Source: a virus. From it: a DNA stretch of 64,000 bases. The stretch is from IMG/VR virus record IMGVR_UViG_3300031251_000004, positions 37,914 through 101,913 of that record. One strand, 5' to 3'. The translations under genes and the position numbers were made by a program. This document shows positions 27,636 to 36,240 of this stretch, in pieces. The notes beneath the pieces were generated by a model that saw nothing but the letters and a program-made list of their open reading frames with translations, searched no databases and had not been told where the DNA came from. Each line of letters starts with the position of its first letter. Position 1 is the stretch's first letter.

Positions 27636-28359
27636 TTTTTCTAAAATCACTTCCAAATGATGATATCATTTTTACATTAGAAAATAAACTATCTATACTT
27701 TGTTTAAAATTACCAGTGAATCCTTCCAATGGATTCGGACTATTAGAAATCATAATTGATGGTAATTTATTTTGCATTCGTGTTCTAAAAATTGATTCTA
27801 ATGTTTTCCCAAATAGTTCTGAACTATTTTCACTATTAAAAAATCTATTGTCAAACTCATCTATGACTAAAAAATCTACAATCATAAGCTCTTTCCTGGC
27901 CACAAATCGATCTTCCTGTGAATTAAGCAATGCATTTACGATATCTTCCAATGTAGAATATAATGCTAAATAGTTTTTATGCAACACTGTTTTTAACATA
28001 TTAGTTGCCGTCATACTTTTACCAATTCCGTGATTTCCACATAAACATATAGAAATTCCATCATTATACATATTAGAAATATTTTTTACATATTGTTCAT
28101 AACATTTTTTAAAAACATCGGCACCTTTAAAATTGTCCATATTTAAATCCCAATAAATAATTGGAATATTTGATTCAGCATATCTATTCATTGCAATTAA
28201 CATAACACTACAACGTTCACACAACCCGTCATACGCCTGCTCTATTCGTGTTATGTTCTTTTTAGAACAAGTCTCGCAACCTTGAACCAATGACAATATT
28301 TTTCCTTCTACCTTGCGCTGTGGTAGGTTATTTAATGCTGTCGATCTAATTATACTCAT
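27625..28359 (-). CDS. DnaC/IstB-like AAA+ helicase loader
   Basis: N-terminal CxxC..CxxC, Walker A GNHGIGKS, Walker B FLVIDEF, R.QNKLP.I.ISN, terminal G.DFR; adjacent to dnaB. Confidence 0.85.
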   Translation of the reverse strand: MSIIRSTALNNLPQRKVEGKILSLVQGCETCSKKNITRIEQAYDGLCERCSVMLIAMNRYAESNIPIIYWDLNMDNFKGADVFKKCYEQYVKNISNMYNDGISICLCGNHGIGKSMTATNMLKTVLHKNYLALYSTLEDIVNALLNSQEDRFVARKELMIVDFLVIDEFDNRFFNSENSSELFGKTLESIFRTRMQNKLPSIMISNSPNPLEGFTGNFKQSIDSLFSNVKMISSFGSDFRKNAK

Positions 28360-28616
28360 TTATTTTTCTGTATTAGTGATTTAAATATATCTTTGGCACC
28401 AATATTAATATATGCGTCTGGATGAACTGTTATAAAACAGTTATTCGTTTTATCAAAACGACATATATCTACTGATGCACAACCGTTCTTGCTTTTAGGA
28501 TGGTAAATCAATGCATCATTAGTATGTTTATCTTGTGATACTAAGTATGCATCTATAATTGTTCCTTCCTGCAATGATCCAAATAACCCGTGCACTTGAT
28601 ATTTTACTTTTTTCAT
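28356..28616 (-). CDS. Hypothetical protein
   Basis: 86 aa; ATGA overlaps on both sides. Confidence 0.6.
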   Translation of the reverse strand: MKKVKYQVHGLFGSLQEGTIIDAYLVSQDKHTNDALIYHPKSKNGCASVDICRFDKTNNCFITVHPDAYINIGAKDIFKSLIQKNK

Positions 28617-28996
28617 TTCTTTTTTACTCCGAATAACATTGATAGCGATGAACCATAACTTGTTGGTGCATTTCCTGATGGTTCATGTGATGTTAGTTTT
28701 TCTTTTATTTCTTCTAACTCTGCCTTATTGAGCTCTGCTTTCAATTCAGCGAGCGTCTTAATGTCATTATCAGACTTAATTGTTTTTTCAGCAACCTCAT
28801 TGTATTCTTCGTGAATATTTGTTTCGCTAAACGTAAAAAATAAGACATCATCGAATGTCTTTTGTATGACGGTTATTTTATTATTTGTTAGGGATTTTAT
28901 GGCTGATTTAGTATCGCTCCAAGATATTACTTGCCCGCTGACTTGAACGCCATTTCTAAAAAATACTGTAATTTGTGAGTTTATTGGCGGTATCAT
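28613..28996 (-). CDS. Hypothetical protein with possible Sm/Hfq-like N-terminal fold and coiled coil
   Basis: ITVFFRNGVQVSGQVISWSD resembles the Sm1 motif (V.V.L.NG....G.I..FD). Confidence 0.45.
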   Translation of the reverse strand: MIPPINSQITVFFRNGVQVSGQVISWSDTKSAIKSLTNNKITVIQKTFDDVLFFTFSETNIHEEYNEVAEKTIKSDNDIKTLAELKAELNKAELEEIKEKLTSHEPSGNAPTSYGSSLSMLFGVKKK

Positions 28997-29286
28997 ATTA
29001 ACATTATATACTTTCTCATCTCATCTGCGTAATGCGGATAGTTATTAATAATATGTTGAAAACACACATTCCAATCATATAATATCTCTTGCGTTATAAA
29101 CTTAATTACATTTGGAACGGGATTCATTCCCTTACTTTCATATGTTGCAATGAACTTATTCAAGTATCCCGTTGTATATGGAACTCCATGGTCTTCTAGT
29201 TCAATCACTTCGGTAAAATCTGTATCATATAGCGTATGATGAATTGAGGGAAGTTTTAAAAAACTTAATTCGTCTTTTATGAACAT
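28993..29286 (-). CDS. Hypothetical protein ending in the shared C-terminal motif (DEMRKYIMLI)
   Basis: 97 aa; coupled overlaps. Confidence 0.6.
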   Translation of the reverse strand: MFIKDELSFLKLPSIHHTLYDTDFTEVIELEDHGVPYTTGYLNKFIATYESKGMNPVPNVIKFITQEILYDWNVCFQHIINNYPHYADEMRKYIMLI

Positions 29287-29546
29287 TACTTCAACCTATT
29301 CGCCAAATTTTCTGCATACAACGCAAGCCACCCATTTGTATATAAGCATTCGGATACTTGCGAGTCTTGAACTAATTTTTCAACAACTCCGGGCGGTAAG
29401 TGATCTCGCATTAATTCATACAGAAAACTAATCAATTTACTATCACGCTCTATATGACCGCTGGCTTCTCGCAATGTATTGATTTCTTGTTGTCTATCTA
29501 TTTTCTTATCGGTTTCGCTTGTCCAGTGGGCGGGTATATTTGTCAT
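29286..29546 (-). CDS. Hypothetical phage protein
   Basis: 86 aa; FLYELMRDHLP.G.VEKLV...TNGWLA.YA segment. Confidence 0.65.
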   Translation of the reverse strand: MTNIPAHWTSETDKKIDRQQEINTLREASGHIERDSKLISFLYELMRDHLPPGVVEKLVQDSQVSECLYTNGWLALYAENLANRLK

Positions 29547-30259
29547 TGGATTCCAAGTAAGTTATTAATTTCTGATATAGGAGTTAGAAACTTTCTCTCT
29601 ATTTTATAACCGACATCTGCTATTGGAGTTGGTTTATTTTCTTTTTTCCATTTAATAACATTGTCTTTTACAATAAATCCATATACCTCTACAATATATT
29701 CTGTTTTTGTTTCTGATACATCACATAATATATAAATATCGCATAAATTATTCATAACTCTTTCTTTAAGAACCAATGTATTATATTTAGTCATTACCGA
29801 TTTTACATCGATTTTTAATAGACCATGTGTAAAATCTGGTTTAATTGTATTTGAAAATGCATTGTTCCATGTCAGTTCCGGAAACATTTTATGTACTGCC
29901 ATCTCTGCTAAACGACCACTTGTAAAATTCTTATTTTCAAATCCCTCAGGTTTTTTAAATTCTGGATCATTTTTCAATAAGTTATTTTTATTAAATTTAA
30001 ATACATTTTTAATTTTAGTTGGCGTTATATTGTGTAACGTGCTCATTTGCTGTGAAGGCGTAGGTACTATGGGAACAATATCTGTTGAAGATACTGCTGG
30101 AACAATATCTGTTGAAGATACTGCTGGAACAATGGCTGTACTATTATTTTGATTATGCTTATAATAATTCATAAGCGCATCTACATATTTTGGAAGACAC
30201 TCTTTTCCCGTTGATCTTATTTCCGCTAAAACGTCAAGTAATTCTGGTGTCATTGTCAT
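29543..30259 (-). CDS. Putative PD-(D/E)XK restriction-endonuclease-fold protein
   Basis: G.LAE...PDF.....IDVKS catalytic pattern in the C-terminal half. Confidence 0.55.
   Translation of the reverse strand: MTMTPELLDVLAEIRSTGKECLPKYVDALMNYYKHNQNNSTAIVPAVSSTDIVPAVSSTDIVPIVPTPSQQMSTLHNITPTKIKNVFKFNKNNLLKNDPEFKKPEGFENKNFTSGRLAEMAVHKMFPELTWNNAFSNTIKPDFTHGLLKIDVKSVMTKYNTLVLKERVMNNLCDIYILCDVSETKTEYIVEVYGFIVKDNVIKWKKENKPTPIADVGYKIERKFLTPISEINNLLGIQ
30072..30133. repeat. Perfect 27-bp tandem repeat (2.3 copies) encoding IVPAVSSTD
   Basis: GGAACAATATCTGTTGAAGATACTGCT at 30072 and 30099, partial third copy at 30126. Confidence 0.95.
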
Positions 30260-30264
30260 TTTAT

Positions 30265-30672
30265 TTATTTCCTATTACCAAAATAATGATATCCTTGTTT
30301 TTCCGCAATCTCCACGCAATCATTTAATAAATAACTAAGTGGGTTTTTAATTTGATCTGGATACTTATTCTCAAATCTAGAAAACGGCTTTGTTGTTAAC
30401 AATTTAAACTTATTATCATAAGCATTTTCTTTTATACCACAACATAAACAAATCCTAGATTCTGGATTCCGATCGGAATAATCATCTAAATATGATCCAC
30501 CATATTCTGAACGTAAACATACTGTGTGAGTGTGTTGGCATTCTTTTCGTAATTGTTCTAATGCCTTGCTAGCTTCGGCTTTTAGAAATGCTTCTTCTTT
30601 TTTGGAATCGGTTTCGTGTGCGAGTTTTATACAGGATATGTAGTCGTGTCGTAGGGTTGGTGCGTTGTTCAT
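30265..30672 (-). CDS. Hypothetical protein, possible Zn-binding (CxH...CxxC)
   Basis: 135 aa; CQH and CLCCG. Confidence 0.6.
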   Translation of the reverse strand: MNNAPTLRHDYISCIKLAHETDSKKEEAFLKAEASKALEQLRKECQHTHTVCLRSEYGGSYLDDYSDRNPESRICLCCGIKENAYDNKFKLLTTKPFSRFENKYPDQIKNPLSYLLNDCVEIAEKQGYHYFGNRK

Positions 30673-30674
30673 TT

Positions 30675-31244
30675 TTATTTTACCCTATCCAATATTTTTA
30701 AATCCATTCCAGCCCCAACCAACGCATCCATCAATCCCCTATATTCTTCACTCTCCCTAATAAATGCAAGCTCTCCATAATTATTAATTGGTGCATTGAA
30801 TGATTTTATAATTGTCATATAATTTGGTGGAAGTGGCGTGGAACGATCAATGTTCGCATTTGGTATGAGTTTTAGAAACTTATACTTATTAACATCTATC
30901 GGGTTTGCCAATATTGCAATGCTGGTAATTCTCTTTTGTTTTGCCACAATTATTGTTTGAAAGAACCAATCTAAATAATCTTTGAGGATTTGAGGATCGC
31001 TTGACAATTGTTGTGATATTTTTTTTATGTTTTGTATTTCCCAGCTTTTTGATGGAGCCGTATGATTGAACTTGAATGTGTAATCAACGCCGTAATGGTT
31101 TTTGTATAATTTAACCCAATAAGCGATCACATGGACGGGACGCCAGTCTTTTGTTGGAAGGGTTTCAATTTCTGGAAATTGAGCGAACCATTTTTGGTAT
31201 GCGGTGCTGACGGCGTCGGTTAGTTGTGGGTCTATGTTTTTCAT
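30675..31244 (-). CDS. Hypothetical protein in the replication cluster
   Basis: 189 aa, helical; lies between the SF2 helicase and dnaC. Confidence 0.6.
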   Translation of the reverse strand: MKNIDPQLTDAVSTAYQKWFAQFPEIETLPTKDWRPVHVIAYWVKLYKNHYGVDYTFKFNHTAPSKSWEIQNIKKISQQLSSDPQILKDYLDWFFQTIIVAKQKRITSIAILANPIDVNKYKFLKLIPNANIDRSTPLPPNYMTIIKSFNAPINNYGELAFIRESEEYRGLMDALVGAGMDLKILDRVK

Positions 31245-31480
31245 AGTAATTGTAATAACTCAGGTTTCATCAATCGTTCGATTTCATTTTTTACTTCATC
31301 TGTAAGTTCTGACCGCTTTGCAATAAAATCCCATACACTTGATTTTCTTTGTATCAAATCAATTGGACACGCTACTGATTGATGTAGATATTGAGCTAAT
31401 GGATTATTTATAACAATATCATTTCCATCATTTACAAATAATTCAATTTCAACGTGCTTTACCATTATTGTTTTATTCAT
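31241..31480 (-). CDS. Hypothetical protein
   Basis: 79 aa; ATGA overlaps. Confidence 0.55.
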   Translation of the reverse strand: MNKTIMVKHVEIELFVNDGNDIVINNPLAQYLHQSVACPIDLIQRKSSVWDFIAKRSELTDEVKNEIERLMKPELLQLL

Positions 31481-32946
31481 AACATTTCCTTGCTAGGACT
31501 TACTTCGAACCCCACCTCACTACTATATATCTTAAATCTTTTCTTGCTATGGTCGCGTAAATACTTTATTTGGTCGAAGAAATCGCAAATTGCAACATGT
31601 TTTTTGCCGGGGTATGGTCTAATACATCTGCCAACTTTTTGAAGGCATCTGATTGCACTAGCCCCACCACCAGCATTCACCAGCGCTGATATCTTTGGAA
31701 GATCAACGCCCAAATCAAATATGACTGATGCCACTATCACATCTATCTTGCCATCATTGAAATCTTGCATTACTTCTAATCGTCGTTCCAGCTTATCATT
31801 GCCATACAATAAATCACATTTTACGCCAGCGTTTTGAAGCATCTCTAATAAAATCTTGCCGTGCACTATCTGCTTGAACAATACAAGTGGAGCATAACCT
31901 TTTTCCAAAAACTTTTTTGTATATTCAACAACTAAATTATTTCTAACTTCATTCTCAACTATATACTGTTTGTATATTGCCTGATATGTTTTATCTTGAA
32001 TATGCATCTTTGGAACCGTTATGAACTTTATATATGGTTTTGCCAATATACCTTTTTCAATTAGTTCTGATGCACTGATATTTATAATCTGTTCTCCAAG
32101 AACGCCATTGATTAATAAATCACTATTATCACCACGGAACGGCGTTCCGCTTAATCCATATATGCGTTCAGGATTTATGTTTTTATATATTGCTGATATT
32201 GTAGCTGTTGTAGATACATGACACTCATCTAACATATGAATCTTATATTCTTTCAATGCTCGAAGAATATCTACTTTAGTATCACCATTGAACTTTTCTT
32301 TTTCATCAAACTCATCTGATTCCAATAACATCTTTTTTGTATTTATATCTAATGCTTTTCCGATTGTCCAAATTGATGCAATAGTAATTCGTTTTATATC
32401 ACAATCACCATTACCGATCCTACCTATTGGTTCATCAAATATCTCGGTGAATGTTTTATGAAACTGATCTAACAAATTTAATCCAATAACATAGACGATT
32501 GTTGGTTTGTTGAACTTTGCCGTCATCATTGCTGCAACAAGTGTTTTACCCGAAGCAGTGCAAGCACGAATGATACCTTTATCGTGAAGTGTTGTTGCTT
32601 CGAGGATACGATTTTGGTAATCGCGGGGAACCTTGTCGAGTAGTTTTAGACGATCGGTTATGATGAGCTCATTGCCAGCAATAGATTTTATTCTATTATC
32701 GGTTATGATATATGTGGCTTGTTTTCGTTTTAGCCATTGTTCAACTTTTGGTAGGAGCCCTGACATAAATACATTTTGCTTATTTAGGAGGAATGTTATA
32801 CCGTGCCAGCCGTTTTTGTATGCCGGAGTGTATTCAACGCCAGCCAATTTATATGAAAGAAAATTACGAAGCTGATTGATGATTGGAGTTTCATCTTCGT
32901 TGGCGGTGATTTTGCAGTATTTATTGTCGAGAATTGTAATGATCAT
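31477..32946 (-). CDS. Superfamily 2 DNA helicase (UvsW/XPB-like)
   Basis: RDYQ, TASGKT, DECH, GLSGT, GVDLP, QKVGR..R, DFFD. Confidence 0.9.
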   Translation of the reverse strand: MIITILDNKYCKITANEDETPIINQLRNFLSYKLAGVEYTPAYKNGWHGITFLLNKQNVFMSGLLPKVEQWLKRKQATYIITDNRIKSIAGNELIITDRLKLLDKVPRDYQNRILEATTLHDKGIIRACTASGKTLVAAMMTAKFNKPTIVYVIGLNLLDQFHKTFTEIFDEPIGRIGNGDCDIKRITIASIWTIGKALDINTKKMLLESDEFDEKEKFNGDTKVDILRALKEYKIHMLDECHVSTTATISAIYKNINPERIYGLSGTPFRGDNSDLLINGVLGEQIINISASELIEKGILAKPYIKFITVPKMHIQDKTYQAIYKQYIVENEVRNNLVVEYTKKFLEKGYAPLVLFKQIVHGKILLEMLQNAGVKCDLLYGNDKLERRLEVMQDFNDGKIDVIVASVIFDLGVDLPKISALVNAGGGASAIRCLQKVGRCIRPYPGKKHVAICDFFDQIKYLRDHSKKRFKIYSSEVGFEVSPSKEML

Positions 32947-32980
32947 TTTTATGAAATTTAATCAGGATTTCTTTTTTATA

Positions 32981-33226
32981 TTATTTCTGCTGATCTTTAC
33001 GAAACTTAAATCTGGACGCATTAGCTTCACGCTTTAATTTCTGCTCCTCAGTTTCTTGTATTGGATCTGGCGGTGTATAAGGCTTTTCAGTAAGCGCTTG
33101 ATAGATTGACATAGGTATGGTTATAGGAAAAAATAATACATATAGCCCCACTCCTATGAATGCAAGTTTTACAACCGCGCTATAATCACTTCCGCTATTC
33201 AACCATTTAGTTATTGGATTTTTCAT
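32981..33226 (-). CDS. Small single-pass membrane protein
   Basis: Hydrophobic LAFIGVGLYVLFFPITIPM segment, basic C-terminus. Confidence 0.55.
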   Translation of the reverse strand: MKNPITKWLNSGSDYSAVVKLAFIGVGLYVLFFPITIPMSIYQALTEKPYTPPDPIQETEEQKLKREANASRFKFRKDQQK

Positions 33227-33612
33227 TTCAATATCAATAACGCTTCTAATCTTTCAATACTCTGATTATCACCCCATCTCGCATTGAAGGCTTTTACTCT
33301 TTCATCACATCTATTCTTTTGTTCTACGAGCCCCTCAATTATCCTCATTAATTCTTTCTTCTCTTTTGATTTCTTATCATCATCTATTTTTATAGAAATA
33401 TGACATTTAGGACAATTATATGTTTTACCTACTGGTGTAGATTGAGACCATGTACCAGATCCAGTGGTACCAACTAAATATCCTGAGCCTACTGGATATG
33501 TTGACGGATATGTTGATGTAGGAATATACAAGCTTTGGGAAGTAGCCAATTGTGCCGAATCATCTTTTGATTCCGATTCAATAAGCGGATACGAACATTG
33601 AGGACAATTCAT
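33223..33612 (-). CDS. Split zinc-ribbon protein ending in the shared C-terminal motif (ERLEALLILK)
   Basis: CPQC and CPKC separated by a S/T-rich loop, then a coiled coil. Confidence 0.6.
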   Translation of the reverse strand: MNCPQCSYPLIESESKDDSAQLATSQSLYIPTSTYPSTYPVGSGYLVGTTGSGTWSQSTPVGKTYNCPKCHISIKIDDDKKSKEKKELMRIIEGLVEQKNRCDERVKAFNARWGDNQSIERLEALLILK

Positions 33613-34712
33613 TATATATGCAACACATTCTTCGCAAAATTAACTAGAACGCTCAGAACACTATTCCAAAAATTAGGTGGTAATGTAGGATGAGGCGGTC
33701 TTGCTGGTGAAGGCGCAACTGCATCTGGGTTTGGCGTTGGATTAACTGGGTTAATACCTACTAATGATACCATTGCTGGTAATGCTTGTGATACCGCAGG
33801 TGATGACGCTAATGATGCTACTGCACCTTGTAGAACCGTCTTTGTTGCCGGTCCAGCAATACCATCTGCTGTAAGCCCGTGTGATGATTGAAATGCTTCG
33901 ATGGCTAATATGGTTTTTGGTCCGTTGTTGCCGTCTTCGGTTAGTGGCGTTCCTGCTCCTCCGAGTAGATTTAATGCGTGTTGAACATCGAGCATTGTGT
34001 TGAGTGGTGTGCCTGCTGGTGCGGGTGGCGTTTGCGGCGCCGTATTGACCGTAGGAACGCTTACTCCGGTGAGTTGAGGGGTTTGTACTCCCCACAGACT
34101 GAGGTCAATTGCAAGGTCGGTATCGACATTTACGCCATTTGGAAGCTTTGCGGTTCCGCCACTGTTTTGCCATAACACATATGAGTTCCAAGGCTTTGGA
34201 ATCATTGGGCTATTTGCTTGATATGAGGCAATCCATAGCGGATAGTCTGCGAATTGTGCAGGATTTCCGATAGTTTGCATAAAATTAGGATATGTATAAA
34301 TTGGTATTTTTTTACCACTCAACCGCTCATATTCTTGAAGATATGTAAGCGTCCATTCAACAATTTGTTTTGCTGAGCACCCCCACTTATTCCAATCATT
34401 TTCCACGGGCCACTCCATATCCAGGCTCGCTAGCTCTCCTGCGGCAGCCTTAAAATGAAGTTGTGCTTGAATCACTGGGTCTCGTGTAGGCTGTGAAGGA
34501 ATTGTTGGCAACGGAAACGCAAAATTATATGCCATCGGCAGCATTCCTGCGTTTTTTGTTCCTGTTATATTTTTAGTGTAGTTTATATCTGTTCCGCTGT
34601 TTCCAACGGCACATCTACTGATTATGAATTTTGTTCCTTGTTGTGCAAGAAGATCAAATTGAACCACTCCTTGAATAACTGAAATATCGTATCCCTTGTA
34701 AAAATTAGTCAT
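33612..34712 (-). CDS. Endolysin: GH25 muramidase plus peptidoglycan-binding domain
   Basis: GYDIS..QG, LDME (DxE), IYT, LWIASY, WQ, VDTD; then VQ.ALN...DG..GPKT..AI.AFQ..HGL.ADGIAGP.T. Confidence 0.9.
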   Translation of the reverse strand: MTNFYKGYDISVIQGVVQFDLLAQQGTKFIISRCAVGNSGTDINYTKNITGTKNAGMLPMAYNFAFPLPTIPSQPTRDPVIQAQLHFKAAAGELASLDMEWPVENDWNKWGCSAKQIVEWTLTYLQEYERLSGKKIPIYTYPNFMQTIGNPAQFADYPLWIASYQANSPMIPKPWNSYVLWQNSGGTAKLPNGVNVDTDLAIDLSLWGVQTPQLTGVSVPTVNTAPQTPPAPAGTPLNTMLDVQHALNLLGGAGTPLTEDGNNGPKTILAIEAFQSSHGLTADGIAGPATKTVLQGAVASLASSPAVSQALPAMVSLVGINPVNPTPNPDAVAPSPARPPHPTLPPNFWNSVLSVLVNFAKNVLHI

Positions 34713-34774
34713 TTATTGTTTCCTTTTACCATTGGTATAATTTTTTCCAATTTTTCATTTTATATAACTATATG

Positions 34775-36190
34775 TTATTGTTTTCTACGATCTACTACAT
34801 TTCCGCCTACAAACTTTCCGAATGTACTTGTTTTGGCAGCAATCTTGTCTTTGATTTTTTGTGCATCAGTTATCGTTGTATTTTTTCCTGTGTTGAGCGC
34901 TACATTTAGATTCCGGGCAGTCTCTTTTTCCTTCACAACATTTGAAAGATTTTTTATCTCTTCTGTTAGCTGCGCGGTACGTTCTGCCGGAATACCAAGA
35001 CCGGAAAAGAATGAATAAATCTTGACAACATCTCGTGGCTCATCTATCTCATAAATACCTCTAAATATCTCAGGGGTTCCACATTGTTCTGTTAACAGCG
35101 CATTGGCATAATTTATTGCCACTGCTGGAATACTTTTCCAGACGGTTTTATTTGCTGCCACAATGAACCCTACATATTTACTTTCTTTTATGTTAAATCC
35201 GCTTGCAAGTAGATTATTATTCATATTTGAAATTATAGCCTCTGCGATCGAAGTCTCCGAACTATAATCCTCGATTTCCATTGACCCATATGTAGAATAC
35301 CCCGAGGAATCAATTAGAATTTTAAGCCACTCCATACTGTCTAGACTTTTAATTGATGATGGTGATGATGACAACATATTGAACATATCTAATGGTTCAA
35401 CTATTGCTTTATTTGCAATTGAATAAAAATCCATTTGACCAACATTAGAATAAATTGCCTCTATTCGCGCATTATCTACCAATATAATGTTAGCTACTTT
35501 TTTATTCTGTAAATCTTTTGATAGTACCGCAAGCGTTTCCATAGCATTTGATTTTGCTTTAAGATCTTCCGAATGCATAGGTAAGACGCCTATAATTATA
35601 ATAGGCTTCCCTAATTCATTTAGAATATTGACTAATACCTCACAGCTGCCTGCTCCGCTACCACCACCTAATGATGAGCATAAAACGAACACTTGTGCAT
35701 CCGCTAACTGTTTACTAACCATTTCTTTTATGGCATCAGCATTGGCTTCCGTTGCCTCTCGACCAATACTAAGCGTCCTTGCGGCTCCACCAATAGAATT
35801 ATACTCCAGTAATAATTTATTACTTTCGGGAACATCTATAAATTTAAGATCATTCTGCGTTGTATTCAAAACTATGCAATCATAGTTATATTCACGAAAT
35901 TGTTGGGCTAATTTACTTCCTGCTTGTCCCGATCCAATTATTCCAAAATTAATTGATCGCTCTTTCTTTACCGGTTTTACACTCATTGGTTCCTCTTGTT
36001 TTACTATATCAATATCCTTAGTTTTTTCTGCTAATTTTGCTTTTAATCTTGCAAGTTTTTCTTGATCTATATCCATAGCTGGTTTCTCATTTGTTATGTC
36101 ATCCACAATAGTTTCTTCTACTACATTTAGTCTTACTGTTTGTGCAACCATTTTAGTTCTTCCTTTTATCCATATGAATCCGCTGCTCAT
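34775..36190 (-). CDS. Tubulin/FtsZ-superfamily GTPase (TubZ/CetZ/PhuZ-like)
   Basis: GSGQAGSKL (T1), LNT..DL, GAAR...G, signature SLGGGSGAG, VLP..E, LVDN, LDSME; alternative start at 36151. Confidence 0.88.
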   Translation of the reverse strand: MSSGFIWIKGRTKMVAQTVRLNVVEETIVDDITNEKPAMDIDQEKLARLKAKLAEKTKDIDIVKQEEPMSVKPVKKERSINFGIIGSGQAGSKLAQQFREYNYDCIVLNTTQNDLKFIDVPESNKLLLEYNSIGGAARTLSIGREATEANADAIKEMVSKQLADAQVFVLCSSLGGGSGAGSCEVLVNILNELGKPIIIIGVLPMHSEDLKAKSNAMETLAVLSKDLQNKKVANIILVDNARIEAIYSNVGQMDFYSIANKAIVEPLDMFNMLSSSPSSIKSLDSMEWLKILIDSSGYSTYGSMEIEDYSSETSIAEAIISNMNNNLLASGFNIKESKYVGFIVAANKTVWKSIPAVAINYANALLTEQCGTPEIFRGIYEIDEPRDVVKIYSFFSGLGIPAERTAQLTEEIKNLSNVVKEKETARNLNVALNTGKNTTITDAQKIKDKIAAKTSTFGKFVGGNVVDRRKQ

Positions 36191-36225
36191 AATAGTTTAG
36201 TCCTCTAACTCTTTTCCGCCAACAC

Positions 36226-36240
36226 ATACAATATTATTTT
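36226..36240 (-). promoter_or_regulatory. Possible phage promoter motif upstream of the tubulin gene
   Basis: AAAATAATATTGTAT, a looser match to the N3-AT-rich8-GYAT motif. Confidence 0.3.

Noticed and set aside
32981-33226. Holin call for the small membrane protein near the endolysin
   Set aside because: Only one TM segment, no dual-start or family motif, and it is separated from the lysin by another gene.
34775-36190. Calling the tubulin ftsZ, or calling the phage nucleus-forming
   Set aside because: FtsZ-specific T1 and T7 motifs and dcw context are absent, and no chimallin-like gene is recognisable in this window.
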